Origin: Stegostoma tigrinum | Lineage: Eukaryota | Length of the DNA stretch: 64,000 nucleotides | Assembly (NCBI RefSeq): GCF_030684315.1 | Contig: NC_081377.1 | Coordinates: forward strand, 25,172,001-25,236,000 | Direction of reading: 5' to 3' | Shown: piece by piece, positions 35,805 through 48,864 of the stretch | Numbering within the stretch: position 1 is the stretch's first letter | Layout of the letters: every line of letters begins with the position of its first letter | Notes under the pieces: model-generated | The model's input: only the letters and a program-made list of their open reading frames with translations | Database searches by the model: none | What the model was told of the DNA's origin: nothing | Made by a program: the position numbers and the translations under genes

Positions 35805-36100
35805 TGGAAGCAGGCCCTTTAGTCCATTGAGTCCATACCACCCCTCTGAAGAGCATCCCAGGCAGACCCACCCCATAGTCCTGCACTTCCCATTCCTAGT
35901 CTACCTAGCTAGCACATGCCTGGACAATACAGTGCAACTTAATCGGGCAAATCTACCTAACCTGCACATCTTTGGACTGTGGGAAGAAACTGGATCACCC
36001 GGGGAAAACTCCAAATGCAAACTGCCATCCATAGGTGTAATCAAACCTGGGTCCCTGATGCTCTGTGGCAGCAGTTACAACCACTGAGTGACCATGTAGC
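35805..36100 (-). mobile_element. V-SINE (HE1-like), decayed
   Basis: Reverse complement resembles 18432-18740 (ATGGTCACTCAGTGGTT head; CCAAAGATGTGCAGGTTAGG). Confidence 0.7.
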
Positions 36101-37146
36101 CCAGCAAGCAATGCTCTAAATACACAAAATTCAGTCTGTGACCAGAGAAAAATCACACTCATATGTGAAAATGAGAAATTTCGAAAAGAACTGCAACTCC
36201 ATTGCAGGCTGCTTACTTGCTACTAATGTGATCACTTGCATTGGAGCAACAGTGAGCAGGTGAGTGGTGGTGATCCAGGTTTGGTGAGACCATAGGAAAA
36301 ATGCAAGGCTGGGGAGGAGTGAGTGGTTGCAAAGAGGAGAAGGGAAAAAAAGTGAATGCCTTTAAGGTGGAGGTGGGAGAAGTAGGTGGCAACAAAGGGG
36401 ATAGTGTCTATCAAGGGAAGCAGAGCTTTAAACCTGTCAACAAAGCAATACTTGGCTAACTGGCAACCATGGAATCATGAAGTCATTGAGGTAATGAATT
36501 CTTTACAAATTGATTTGCTTTCTTTATGGGGTATGTGAGCCGTTTTGATAAAAAGAGAAGCTTTTGTTGCTAATTTGTGCCTGTTGTCTTGAGCCAGTAT
36601 TGTTGTGTATATGAAGTTAAAGATTTTTTTGTGTTGTAGCGTTAAGTTTAACGATGGAGTGATAATAATTGAGGATATTGAAGTTTTCTAATTCCATGAT
36701 CGTGAGAGTGCAAATACGCTGTATGTAAACACGAATATAGGAGATACTATTAATACATGATCACATTTCATTTAATGAATGAGCTAGAGAACAAAAAAAA
36801 ACACTGAGCAATTGTCTGAAAGAGCTGTTGGGTGGGGTATATTTTGACCCTTGCTCATAAGTGCCCTTTCTCTGAGTCTACCATCATACCACCCCTCTCT
36901 ACTCATTTGAAATGTTCCTGTTTTATTTCCTCAGCATTCTTGGTGTTAGCTTTAGAAAATTGACAATCCTGACCAACAGCCATAGATGAGCTAACAGCCA
37001 AAACAAGCCTTTAATGACAGGCAAGAATAATTACTTCCATCCTGCACTTCACTTTGCCTCCACTCAATCCGTCTGAAGCTGAAACTCATTTCTGACTTTG
37101 TCACCTTTAGCGTCAGTTATTAGAATACTTTTCTTGGTGACATTTT

Positions 37147-39115
37147 ATAGAACATAGAACATTACAGCACAGTACAGGCCCTTCAGCCCTCGATGTTGTG
37201 CCGACCTGTCATACCAACCTCAAGCCCATCTAACCTACACTATTCCATGTACGTCCATATGCTTGTCCAATGACGACTTAAATGTACCTAAAGTTGGTGA
37301 ATCTACTACCGTTGCAGGCAAAGCGTTTCATTCCCTTACTACTCTCTGAGTAAAGAAACTACCTCTGACATCTGTCCTATAACTTTCACCCCTCAATTTA
37401 AAACTGTGCCCCTTGTGCTCGCCGTCACCATCCTAGGAAAAAGGCTCTCCCTATCCACCCTATCTAACTCTCAGATTATTTTATATGTTTCAATTAAGTC
37501 ACCTCTCAACCTTCTCTCTAATGAAAACAGCCTCAAGTCCCTCAGCCTTTCCTCGTAAGACCTTCCCTCCATACCAGGCAACATCCGAGTCCTCTGCACC
37601 CTCTCCAAAGCTTCCACATCCTTTTTATAATGCGGTGACCAGAACTGTACACAATACTCCAAGTGTGGCCGCACCAGAGTTTTGTACAGCTTCACTATAA
37701 CCTCTTGGTTCCGGAACTCAATCCCTCTATTAATGAAAGCTAAAACACTGTATGCCTTCTTAACAGCCCTGTCAACCTGGGTGGCAACTTTCAAGGATCT
37801 GTGTACATGGACACCGAGAACTCTCTGCTCATCTACACTACCAAGAATCTTACCATTAGCCCTGTACTTTGCCTTCCGGTTACTCCTACCAAAGTGCATC
37901 ACCTCACACTTGTCTGCATGAAACTCCATTTGCCACCTCTCAGGCCAGCTCTGCAGTTTATCTATGTCTCTCTGCAACCTACAGCATCCTTCGTCACTAT
38001 CCACAACTCCACTGACCTTAGTGTCGTCTGCAAATTTACTAACCCATCCTTCTACGCCCTCATCCAGGTCATTTATAAAAATGACAAACAGCAGTGGACC
38101 CAACACCAACCCTTGCGGTACACCACTAGTAACTGGTCTCCAGGATGAACATTTCCCATCAACTACCACCCTCTGTCTTCTTTCAGCAAGCCAATTTCCG
38201 ATCCAAACTGCTATATCTCCCACAATTCCATTCCTCCGCATTGTGTACAATAGCCTATTGTGGGGAACCTTATCGAGCGCCTTGCTGAAATCCATACACA
38301 CCACATCAACCAGTTTACTCTCATCTACCTGTTTGGTCACCTTCTCAAAGAACTCAATAAGGTTTGTGAGGCACGACCTTCCCTTCACAAAACCGTGCTG
38401 ACTATCCCCAATCAATTTATTCTTTTCTAGATGATTATAAATCCTATCCCTTATAACCTTTTCCAACACTTTACCAACAACTGAGGTAAGGCTCACTGGT
38501 CTATAATTACTAGGGTTGTCTCTACTCCCCTTCTTGAACAGGGGAACCACATTTGCTATCCTCCAGTCATCTGGCACTATTCCTGTAGACAATGACGAGT
38601 TAAAGATCAATGCCAAACGCTCGGCAATCTCCTCCCTGGCTTCCCAAAGGATCCGAGGCTAAATCTCATCCGGCCCAGGGGACTTATTTATCTTCACCTT
38701 CTGAAGGATTTCTAATACCTCTTCCGTGCGAACCTCAATCCCACCTAGTCTTGTAGCCTGTATCTCAGTATTCTCCTTGACAACATTGTCGTTTTCTAGA
38801 GTGAATACTGTTGAGAAATATTCATTTAGCGCTTCCCCTATCTCATCTGACTCCACACACAACTTACCACTACTATCCTCGATTGGGCCTAATCTTTCGT
38901 CATTCTTTTATTCCTTAAATACCTATAGAAAGCCTTAGGGTTTACCCTGATCCTATTCGCCAACAAATTCTCATGTCTCCTCCTGGCTCTTCTGAGCTCT
39001 CTCTTTAGGTCTTTCCTGGCTACCTCGTAGCCCTCAAGTGCCCTAACTGAGCCTTCACATCTCATCTTAACATAAGCCTTCTTCTTCCTCTTGACCAGAG
39101 ATTCCACCTCCTTCC
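37147..39115 (-). mobile_element. CR1 LINE 5'-truncated copy
   Basis: 381-aa RT ORF 37471-38616 plus upstream ORFs 38659-39137; (ATAGAAC)n tail at ~37147; same subfamily as 15474-16836. Confidence 0.93.
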
Positions 39116-41039
39116 CTTTTCTCTGTAAAATTTCCAAAACTCAGATTCTGAACAAAGTAGTCATCAAGTATTGCTTCCCAGAGATCATTGTTCTCTCTGA
39201 TCTACACTGGCTCTCAATGATTTACTTTTCTCTGGATGATTTGCCTGGATAGCACACAAAACAATATTTTTCACTGTATCTCAGTACATTGACAATAATA
39301 AATCAAATCAGATCAGTGGATGGAATCTTCCAGGTGTTTTTCAGTGAGCTTTGAGTTAGGACAGGGAGATATTTCTTAGATGCATGGTGAGTGGTCAATA
39401 TTCCATAATTAAATGCCCACTTCTGAGCTGACTGGGGCCACCACTATGATCTTCCTAGTAGTGGATGGGTTCCCTGATGTAGGTCAAGCATGGCAGCTTG
39501 CCAGTAGTTGGTCATCGAGGCCTTATGTATTAATCTCCAATACAATCAGTGAGCCATAGCTGCTACCACTGCCACCCAGGCTCTGTCTGGGGAAACCCTT
39601 GCAGCTGCAATCAGATTTCTATTAATTGAAATCTAACCTTTTCAGCAGGTGCCAAATGATGGAGGTAGCCTAACAGTGCCTCTCAAAGAGCAACAGGTGT
39701 GCCATCTTTCCAGGGCTGTAGGCATGCCAATTAGGCCTATCACCCTGGGGATTTGCCCACCATGCTTAACTGAACAGCATTTCAGAAGGTGGCTTTTCAG
39801 CCAGTTGCTCCAGAATTTTGCAGAGGTTGGGGTGAAAATGGGTGCTGAGTTTGATAGGCCCCAGAAATGATGATGATTCAAGTTCACAGTCTCAGTAAAT
39901 TCTTCCCAGTGGATCACAGCTTCAGATTTAAAGTTGTCATCACAAAAGGGTCACAAGTCTATTCCATACCTGAATTCAATCATAGCTGTTTTATATTTTA
40001 ACCATATCTACCTGCCTTGTTCCATAACCCTTAAAGCTTTGTTAGACAAAGGTATTGATTATACTAGTTTTGAAGTTTAATTGACCTGGCCTCAGCAGTG
40101 AGATGTACAGTATACCTTATCAAGATATCTTGTAAAGAAGTGATTTCGGACATCGCTCCTTAAAGACATAGTTCTAATCTTAATCCTACACCATCTTGTT
40201 TTAGACTCCGGTACCTGAGGAACTAATACCTGTATTACCCCCATCAATTTCTTTGATCATCTCTTAAAACACCTCAATTAGATCAATCCTTTACCTTCCA
40301 AATGCAAAGGAATACAAGCCTTTTCCATGTATTGTGCCTTAATAATGTAGTCATTTTTAGTCCCAGTATCATTCAGTCGAATCTGCACTACAGCTCCCAA
40401 AAGATCTGAATATTATCCAAACACAATGCAAAACAGGTTTGTCTGAAGCACTAAATATGTAACATAGCTTTCACCCCTCAATATCGAGCTATCGAGATAA
40501 AAGCCAACATTCTATTAGCATTTTCAATTAACTTTTGGGTCTATTAGTTTTGTGATTTTTGTGTAAAATAACTGATTAAATTCAAGAGATTTGAATGAGT
40601 ACTTGTTATTTCCCCATTATTGCTCCTCTGTCCTAACAAATTCTTTTCCTGTCCAAACTTATTGGCTGCCCCTTTAAGAGTTGTTTGCAGTGGAACCTTG
40701 ACTATTGCTTTCATAAACAAGACATTTATTTTCATTTGCTATCTTCTCAAAAAACATTGATTTTACGTAAGTTTCTCATTAAAAATCTGATTTTCAGAAC
40801 TCATGTTTAATTGTATTTCTTTCTGCTTTTGCTCCTCATCTGTTTCTATAAGGTACCGGGTCTCACACAGCCCAGCAATTCCATACCATGCAGCAGACTT
40901 GTTGTTTGGTGACTGTGGTCTCTTTGTACCCTTCCCTTCCCCAGCATTAGAAGCCAGCAAGGTCCCACATTCGAACACCTTCCAGAGGTCACTTGTGATT
41001 CTTCATTTCCTCTTGAAGACCCTAATTAAACCACTTCAC

Positions 41040-41292
41040 TGACCAACCCCCACCCGCACTTCCTACCTACACTCATCTTTACGAGCTTCATCCTCACCTC
41101 CTTAACCAGTCCGTCCTCTCTCCCACCTATCTGCTCCAGTATCCACCTTCTATCACCTTCCCGACCCCATTATTTCAGAGTCCCCTTCCCCTCTCTCATT
41201 TCTGAAGAAGGGTCCAGAACCGAAACATCAGCTTTCCCCTCTAATGCTGCCTGGCCTGCTGTATTCCTCCAGCTCCACACCTTGGTATCTAC
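41040..41292 (+). mobile_element. Decayed Penelope terminal repeat fragment
   Basis: C-rich tract followed by CTGAAGAAGGGTCCAGAACCGAAACATCAGC...GCTGCCTGGCCTGCTGT, similar to 27100-27357. Confidence 0.65.
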
Positions 41293-42155
41293 TTAAAACC
41301 TTTTTTTTCAACTCTGTCTTTTTTCATTCAAGCTGTTCAAAGTGCCTAACCTTTTTTCATAATTACATGAAACTAATTGCTATGTCTATTATGAGATAGT
41401 AAGAACTGCCGATGCTGGAGTCAGAGATAAAACATTGTGTTATATCTGCTATTTCTACTATGACTTGCTCTTTCTGTATTAATTTAATTTTATTTGCAGA
41501 ATTTTTGTTATTCTATAAGTTTGCTCCATGTCAGATTTTCATCCACATGGCCTTTCCTGTATTTTTACACGTTATTTGCACACTTTTACCTGTATCTCTC
41601 TAAGTATTTTATTACTTATGCCTCTAGCAGTTTATATCTCATTTAATCCTACTTTCCATATGGTATATTTGTTGATTCAATCTCTTTCCCAATCTAGCGA
41701 GAATGACCATTCAGTACCTTATCAGATACAACAGAAAAGTTACAACTCATTTTTTTTTACAAATGTTGACTGACAGGATATGTATTTCCAGGATTTTGCA
41801 TTTGTGATCATAATTTTATCTCTATAAATGTCAGTGTTTTCTGTCTCTCCTGCTCTATTTGCTTTTCTCATCTCTGCCCAGGCCTGTTTTTATCTCTCCA
41901 GGCCCTAAGTAGTCCAGACTTTTCCCCCTTGCTCTATGTGTGGCCTGCAAGTAAGAAGTTGGGGGGGAAAGGGGACATGCTATAAAATTCACTGGACCCT
42001 TGGACATCCTGAAATGAAATTCCTATGTCCAGTTGGCTGAGTATTCATACTTTTCAATATACTACATAAGCCTTTTTTTTCCCCCTGTATAGTGTTAACA
42101 ATCACAATGAAACCATACTTCATATCAGATTGCATTTATTTCTGCTTCTTCACAG

Positions 42156-42259
42156 TGCCAGAGAAAAGAATGAATGGTTCCTATGGATACATTGGTCTAC
42201 TGGGAGTTATTTTTCTGTCTCTGGTTGTTGCATTTAAAACCCTTATTTCATCAGGATAA
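42156..42259 (+). CDS. MGST3: MGST3 last coding exon (VPEKRMNGSYGYIGLLGVIFLSLVVAFKTLISSG*)
   Basis: cttcttcacag acceptor, phase 1, TAA at 42257-42259; AATAAA at ~42297 and 43236-43241. Confidence 0.92.
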
Positions 42260-43560
42260 AGAGTCATTATACTTCTACTACTATGATGGACGTAGGAATA
42301 AAAAAAAATCAATGACCGACAGCACAGCTGTAGTTCTTTATATGCTCAGCCATTTTGAAATGAGGATCATCTTCACCACTTCTTTGTTTAATGACTAATC
42401 CCTATCAAGCATTGTCAGCTGTTGATGGGTGTTTTCTTAAATGTCAATGTTAATGTCATAGAATATGTTAAGCATTCCATTTTGATTAGGCTTTGTGGGA
42501 TAACAGGTTTTCATTCTTTCTGTTCATTTAACAAAAGAAAAATGATGCATTGCAAATTATAGAAAAGTTGTATTTTACAGGCTGGACATTTGTAGTTCAA
42601 ATCCCCAGACCAAAAAAAAACACATAATTGAACTGGCTGTTATATTCTCTGCTGTAACTTGGAAATCTTCTTCGCTTAAGTGCATGTAATTCCCAATTTA
42701 ATTTTATTATGTAATCTTGAACTAAGATAACTTTATTCTCCCTTCAGAACTCATCAGTTGAATAGTTTTCAATCTGACCTTACAAAAGGTGGAATGTATT
42801 ATGATATGTTGAAATTAAATCAACAGGCAAACAGAATGGCAAAGTGTATATCAGGCTGATGAACAGGGGTGATTCAGAACATTCACAACTTGAAAAGTTA
42901 CCTCTGAACTATGGAAATTTTTTTTAGGGAAAAAAAAACAATTCATTGATCTGTACATTTCCAGTATCTGTTATTAAATTTTTCAGCACCCTTAGTTTAA
43001 TTTTTTGCATATTAAATAATGAAATGGCTCAAAGTATAATTTTGTCTTGCTTGGCTTTCTATAAAACTCATGTAATGATTTATCAGGATCCTACTATGAT
43101 TAGTTTAAACATTTTTTACGTCAGTTTGGGAATGAAAATTTTAATGATTCCGCTTATTTCACCACATTTTGTTTCTCGTTAGAAATGAATTTGAAGGCAT
43201 TTCAGAATATTTTTGAAATGCATTTTGCAAAGATCAATAAAGTGCCTTTAGCAACAATAATGGCCACACATTGTGTTTCTGTACAGTTCAATGCAGTTGG
43301 ACAGAAATGAGCCATTATTTCCAACTCAAATTACAAACTGAAGAAAAATCAAATGGTAAAACCTTTCAAACTGCAAGGAGTCACTGACCAGGCAAAATTA
43401 TGAAACTGACTTAGCTATATTCAACTACATACAGTACAGCAACCAAGTTATTACAATTATGATGATCAACTTTGATTTAAACATTGCAGGTACTCCAAAT
43501 TCATTGTTCATATAGCTTTACCGGAACTGTAAGTGTCCATAGCCCACTGCTGCCACTTAA

Positions 43561-43840
43561 GGGGTGGCACAGTGGCTCTGTGGTTAGCATTGCTGCCTCA
43601 CAGCACTAGAAACCTACGTTTACTTCTAAACCGTAAGCGACCTTGCAGAATTTGCACATTCTCCCCTTGTCTGCAAGGGTTTTGTCCAACAGTCCAGAGA
43701 CATGCAGGCTAGGTGGATTAGCCATTGCTCAATCGCCCATAACATTCAGGGATGTGTAAATTATTTGGGTTATCGTGGGATGGGATGCTCAAAGGGTCCA
43801 CGTGGACTTGTTGGGCTGAAGGGCCTGTTTCCACACTGGC
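43561..43840 (+). mobile_element. V-SINE (HE1-like), decayed
   Basis: GGCACAGTGGCTCTGTGGTTAGCATTGCTGCCTCACAGC head; TTTGCACATTCTCCCC V-domain; GAAGGGCCTGTTTCCACACTG 3' end. Confidence 0.8.
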
Positions 43841-44716
43841 AAGTCTGAATGCAAGTGAAGCTTGACGCTTTATAAATTCTGATATTCTAATACAGCCGTA
43901 CTGATAGTGCCATCTGCTATTTGCAATTATCTTTTATTCCACCCAGTGTGGGATTTAGAAATTAATTCAGTTGCCTTAGAAACTGCAGTTCTAAGAGGAA
44001 GGAAAAAAATACAATTTGTCCAACATACGGCATTTATTACCTATAAAAATTTTAATATTCCCAACACTAAGTTAAGGATTACAAAATAAATGCAACAAGT
44101 TATGTTCAACAGTGTACTTCCAAGCGAAGATCTGCAGTTCGCTGTTCAATTACTTAAGACCAAACAAACAATAAATTCCATGTACAATTTAAACCAATGC
44201 TAATGTCTGACTTTTGTACTGTCAACCACAGCAGTGTGCTCAGGGATCTTTTAGAAAGTTAATGTACACCAGGAAAATAAAAAGGGAATTACACTATGTG
44301 GCAGAGCAGGGACTAGAACTGAAACGAATTAAAAAGACAAAACACCATTTGACTGTCAAATAGATTGGGGCAAAGCCACAAAGCGCGCTACTGGGGCCAT
44401 CTGTTTTCTACAAAATCTAGAGGACGTCGGAATCAACAATTGCTTTCGAAACCAGACATTAGTTATTTCCAAATGTAAATAGCAATTTCGAGAGGGTACT
44501 TCAGTCTAAATCACGATTGGCCATTTAGAAACGCACTCATATTAACCATGGCTGTTGGAATGGCAAGGAAGATGGCGGCTGACATGCAACTTGCTGCAGT
44601 TTCTTCAACAAAAGATGTGTACAAATCTTCAACCGTCGACGCTGTCCTCCAACGGCCTTTACTTCACGAGAATATGAAAAGTTGCACAGAGTAAACCTTA
44701 TGATGTAAGTCACTGC

Positions 44717-45202
44717 TTATCTTCCCGAGCGGACTAACCCAGGTCTGGAAGGCACCATCATCGGCCGGTGAGGCCCCATCATAGGCCCCGACATCATAGG
44801 CATCGGGCCACCGATAGGCGGTCTCATCCCTGGGCCTACCAGCATCATGCCAGGAGGCGCGGGGCCCATCATCGGCATCATGGGCGGCCCTCCCATTGGG
44901 GGGCCCGGCAGGATGGCAGGCCGCGGCGGTGGAACACCAACATTGCCGTGTGGCGGCGGGATGGCGGCTCCGCCGGGAGGAGGACCAGCCGGCGCCGGAA
45001 ACGGTGCGGTGGGCGGGATCTTCCCTTGGCGGAAAGCAGCAGTGGTCTTATCGATGAGGCTCTGGGCCTGTTCTTCCATCCATTTCTGGTAATAGTCCTT
45101 GACGTTTTCCTTGTGTTTGCGGCCCTCGCAGTGAGTCTTGCGAACAGACGGCGAATCGTGTGTTAAATAAGTATCACAGTAATCGCAATAATACTTCGGC
45201 AT
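44717..45202 (-). CDS. SNRPC: U1 small nuclear ribonucleoprotein C (U1-C), single-exon CDS
   Basis: 161 aa: [54 protein letters not shown] (U1-type zinc finger) plus a Pro/Met/Gly-rich tail; no introns or stops; gacATG context; AATAAA (minus) at 44033-44038 and 43933-43938. Confidence 0.97.
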   Translation of the reverse strand: MPKYYCDYCDTYLTHDSPSVRKTHCEGRKHKENVKDYYQKWMEEQAQSLIDKTTAAFRQGKIPPTAPFPAPAGPPPGGAAIPPPHGNVGVPPPRPAILPGPPMGGPPMMPMMGPAPPGMMLVGPGMRPPIGGPMPMMSGPMMGPHRPMMVPSRPGLVRSGR

Positions 45203-45204
45203 GT

Positions 45205-45600
45205 CGTCGGTACAGCAGCGAGGAGGTGCGCATGCGCCGGACCTTCAACTGCCCTTTATATACTTACCGCGTGCGTCACTGCGCTGAAACCGTCAGGGAT
45301 CACGTGACTATTCGACGCTAAGGGGCATGCGCATCTCCAGCTGTCGTCTGAGGGTGTAACCAGTATTGTTTGTGATCGTCTTTATCGGTGGCCGAGGAAG
45401 TATGCATTCTTTTCATAGATGGGGGATTTTTTAAAAAGAGTTTAATTTGTGCGTTTGTTTTAATTCGCAGTCTGGCAGCAGTCATACTCGTCGTCGTCGT
45501 TGTTTTAGATAGAGATGCCCTGCGGCTTAACCGGAGTATTAAAGGGGTCGCTGCAGCTGCGTTTGGAGCATGCGCACATCCGTTTCTTCTTGCACTGGGA
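45205..45600. promoter_or_regulatory. Bidirectional CpG-island promoter shared by SNRPC and TMEM50A
   Basis: NRF1-type TGCGCATGCGC at 45227-45237, GCATGCGCA at ~45325 and ~45568; TATATAAAG (minus) at ~45254-45262; CRE-like TGCGTCA at 45272-45278; E-box TCACGTGA at 45300-45307. Confidence 0.8.
45340..45399 (+). other. TMEM50A: Putative non-coding exon 1 of TMEM50A
   Basis: GAGGAA|gtatgc donor at the edge of the CpG island. The first coding exon begins with an acceptor 1 nt before the ATG, so an upstream exon must exist. TSS uncertain. Confidence 0.5.
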
Positions 45601-48528
45601 AACGTAGTTTTCTGGCAGCTGTATCCTCAGCACCAGGAAAGAAGTGAGATTCTTGTAGGACTATAAATCCCGAGAGCACTGTAGGGCTGAGCCGTTCGCT
45701 TCTCAGGCTTATCTCAGCGTAAAATTTGTCATGGCTTTCCATTCTCCTCCACTAATGTGATTGTAAATTTTAAAACATGGTTATTTCCTGCCGTGGGCAA
45801 GAACGTTTTAGTAAAATAAAACAAACAACCGCGGATGATGAAAATCTGAAACAAAATAGAAATTGCTGGACAAACTCGGCGGCTTGCTTTTTCTTCACAG
45901 ATGCCTACAGAACTGCAGAGTTTGGCAATTTCTGTTATTGCGTAAGGTATAGGTTGTTTTAAGCAAATGCTAAGCCTCCCTTAACAACATTTATGATTTA
46001 GGCAGATTTCAGTCTCCAATTCTACTATAAGAATATTTATTCTAAATTGGAAGAAACTAGCATGGATTTATTTTCAGTGTGGTAGGCAGATTTTAAAATA
46101 TGCTGGCATACCAAATGTGTTATGGCCTTATGAAAAAGTCAGGTAAGAATAGATGGAGGCCATTTGGCCCCTTAAGCCTGTTCTGATATTCAATAGGATC
46201 GTGGTTGATCTGTCACTCCTCATCTCCACTTTCCTGGTCTTTGTTCTTAACCCTGGATTCCCTACTGATCAAGAATGACTCTAATTCAACCTTAGAACTT
46301 TGTAGACTTAAGGACCTAGTTTGAGAATTATCATCAGACTGTACAGGAGAGATGTTAGGAAGTACTTGTACACACACGGTGTGGTAGACGTATGGAACTC
46401 TTTCCCACAAACAGCATTGGATGTTGGATCAGTTAATTTTAAATCTGAGCTACTTACGTTTCAGTTAAGCAAGTAAAGGCAGTTATTCGCCAGTAGCCAC
46501 AGATCAGCCATGATCTGATTAAATGGTGAAACAGGCTTGAGAGGCTGAAAGACCTATTTCTATTCCTATGTTCTCAAATGTACAGAAGGATTCTGCCCCA
46601 CAGCTTTCAGTGGCAGTGTTCCAAAGATTCTCAACCCTCTTGTGAAGAAGTTCTTCCTCATCTCCTTCCACAACAAGGGTATAAAGGTAGTTCTTTTTTA
46701 GTTGATAATTTATGAGGTATGGGTGTCACCGATTGACAGTATTTATTGATCATCCATAGCTACCCTTGAGAAGGTGGTAGTGAGCTTCCTTTTTGAACTG
46801 CTGCAGTCCATTTTGGTGTAGGTACCACCTCAAAGCTGTGAGTGATTTTTAACTCTGTGAATTGAAGAAATGGGAATATATTTCCAAGTCAGGATGATGT
46901 GTGACTTGGAGTAAAACCTTGCAAGTGGTGCATCATGTTTTTCATTATTTTGAAGAGATTCAATGCCTAAAATTTAAAACAGTACTCCTGAGAGTTTTTG
47001 CCAAATCCATATTCAGCTCAAACATCACCCATGTTTTGCATTTGAAACTTTGAAATGAGGACGAATGTTGTTTTTTTTTCTAATTGTATTTCAAACCAAC
47101 ATTGGCTTTTTTTTGTGCAGGAACATCTAAAATATTTAATTCCCCAGTTCCTAGCATGTCACTGTTAAGAAAATATGCTGTTGATGTTCAGAAATTCAAA
47201 GAGGGTGACCTCAATTTTTGTACATTCAGTTCCAGCTGTTATATGTGAATGACCAAAACTGTCTCTTTTTAACTTCATCTTCACATCCATACCTTAAGTC
47301 ACCTGCAGACGTGAAAGTACAATTCAGTTTCTTCACTCAACTAATTCGTGCATGGTGAAGAATTAAGGTCATTTTACAGATTCACCATATGACTGTATCC
47401 CATCTTTTGGAATGGATTTGTTATCCTACCCATATCACAAAATTATCTTCCACGCGATCTTATTTTGCTGCTAACATCTCCAGTGGCACAACAATAAATT
47501 CCTTCTGGAAGTCCATATAAGTATTCTGTTGTCCTCATAACAGTGCCTAATTTGGTTCAATGTGGTTCACTATTCAGATTCATGAGAATTTGTCTTTCTT
47601 CAGGTCCTCCCCACCAGCATTTTTATAAACTTGTAATCAAATCCATTTGCTGGCTGTGCAAATGGATACATGGTATTCATTTGAGTCCAACATTTATTTG
47701 TATCCACTTTAATAGGCCCACGTTACCCCTTTCCATCTTTCAGTACATCATTTTCCAAACACTCTTAGCGCTTATTAGGCTTTGTTTCTTTTCACATTCC
47801 TTTTTATGCCTCCTACATTTTTATTTTGTGTCTATTGCTTATTTTGTAGTTCTCCTAATCTGTATTTTTGCTTTACATTACAACTTTGTGGACTTGCGTT
47901 CAGCTTTATGCAATCTCTCGCTTAATTTGTTGATCATGATTGATTAACTATCCAAGCCAAGTCTTTGCATCAAAGATGCCTATGAGTTTTGGATCATACT
48001 GAATGTTATTCATCTTTAGATTTACCCAGAATAAGTGAGCCCAATTTGCTCTGGACATCCCTTCAACTTAAAACCTTGGTTTGTGGCTTTTTTCCAAAGT
48101 CCAAAAGTGAGGAAGTTATGATTAATCCGTTTAAAATAGTTCCTTCCCAGCTAGTAAAAGCCTCAATTATTCCTATTGGATAACAAAGGCTGAGATTTTA
48201 AAGATATTCAAAATTATTAATGATTTTTGATAGAAGAAATAACGAGAATGTGTGTTCAGTGGTTGAAGGGTGAATGAACAGTGTGCACCAATTTGGAAGA
48301 ATAGCCAAGAGAGCAGAGGCAACATAAGGAAAATTGTTTTTACATAATGAAGATTTAGGATTTGAATTGAACAGCTACTTAAAGAAAAAAAAATCAGTGA
48401 TGTGGAGGAGTGGCATTTATTGAAGTGTTCTGCAAAAACATCGAATGTTAACTGAAGGAACTGAATGTGCTGAACAATTCTGATTTTGTAACATAATTCA
48501 GTGTGAATATAGGTATGTGTTTAGTTGA

Positions 48529-48714
<186 letters not shown>

Positions 48715-48864
48715 TAATTGTATAATTTATTATTAGAATTGATTAGGTGCAAGATTCTTATGTGATGAGAAAGAGGTAATGACTTGATATTGTAAGTAAG
48801 CTCTACAGCATCTTGTTCTTGGTGTGATCCTTCTAATACTTTCTGCTAGATTTATTCGTGCTGT

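Noticed and set aside
44768-45166. Plus-strand ORFs overlapping SNRPC
   Set aside because: GC-rich antisense shadows of the U1-C CDS.
45260-45430. U1 snRNA gene starting at ATACTTACC
   Set aside because: The match ends after 9 nt; no U1 stem-loops or Sm site follow.
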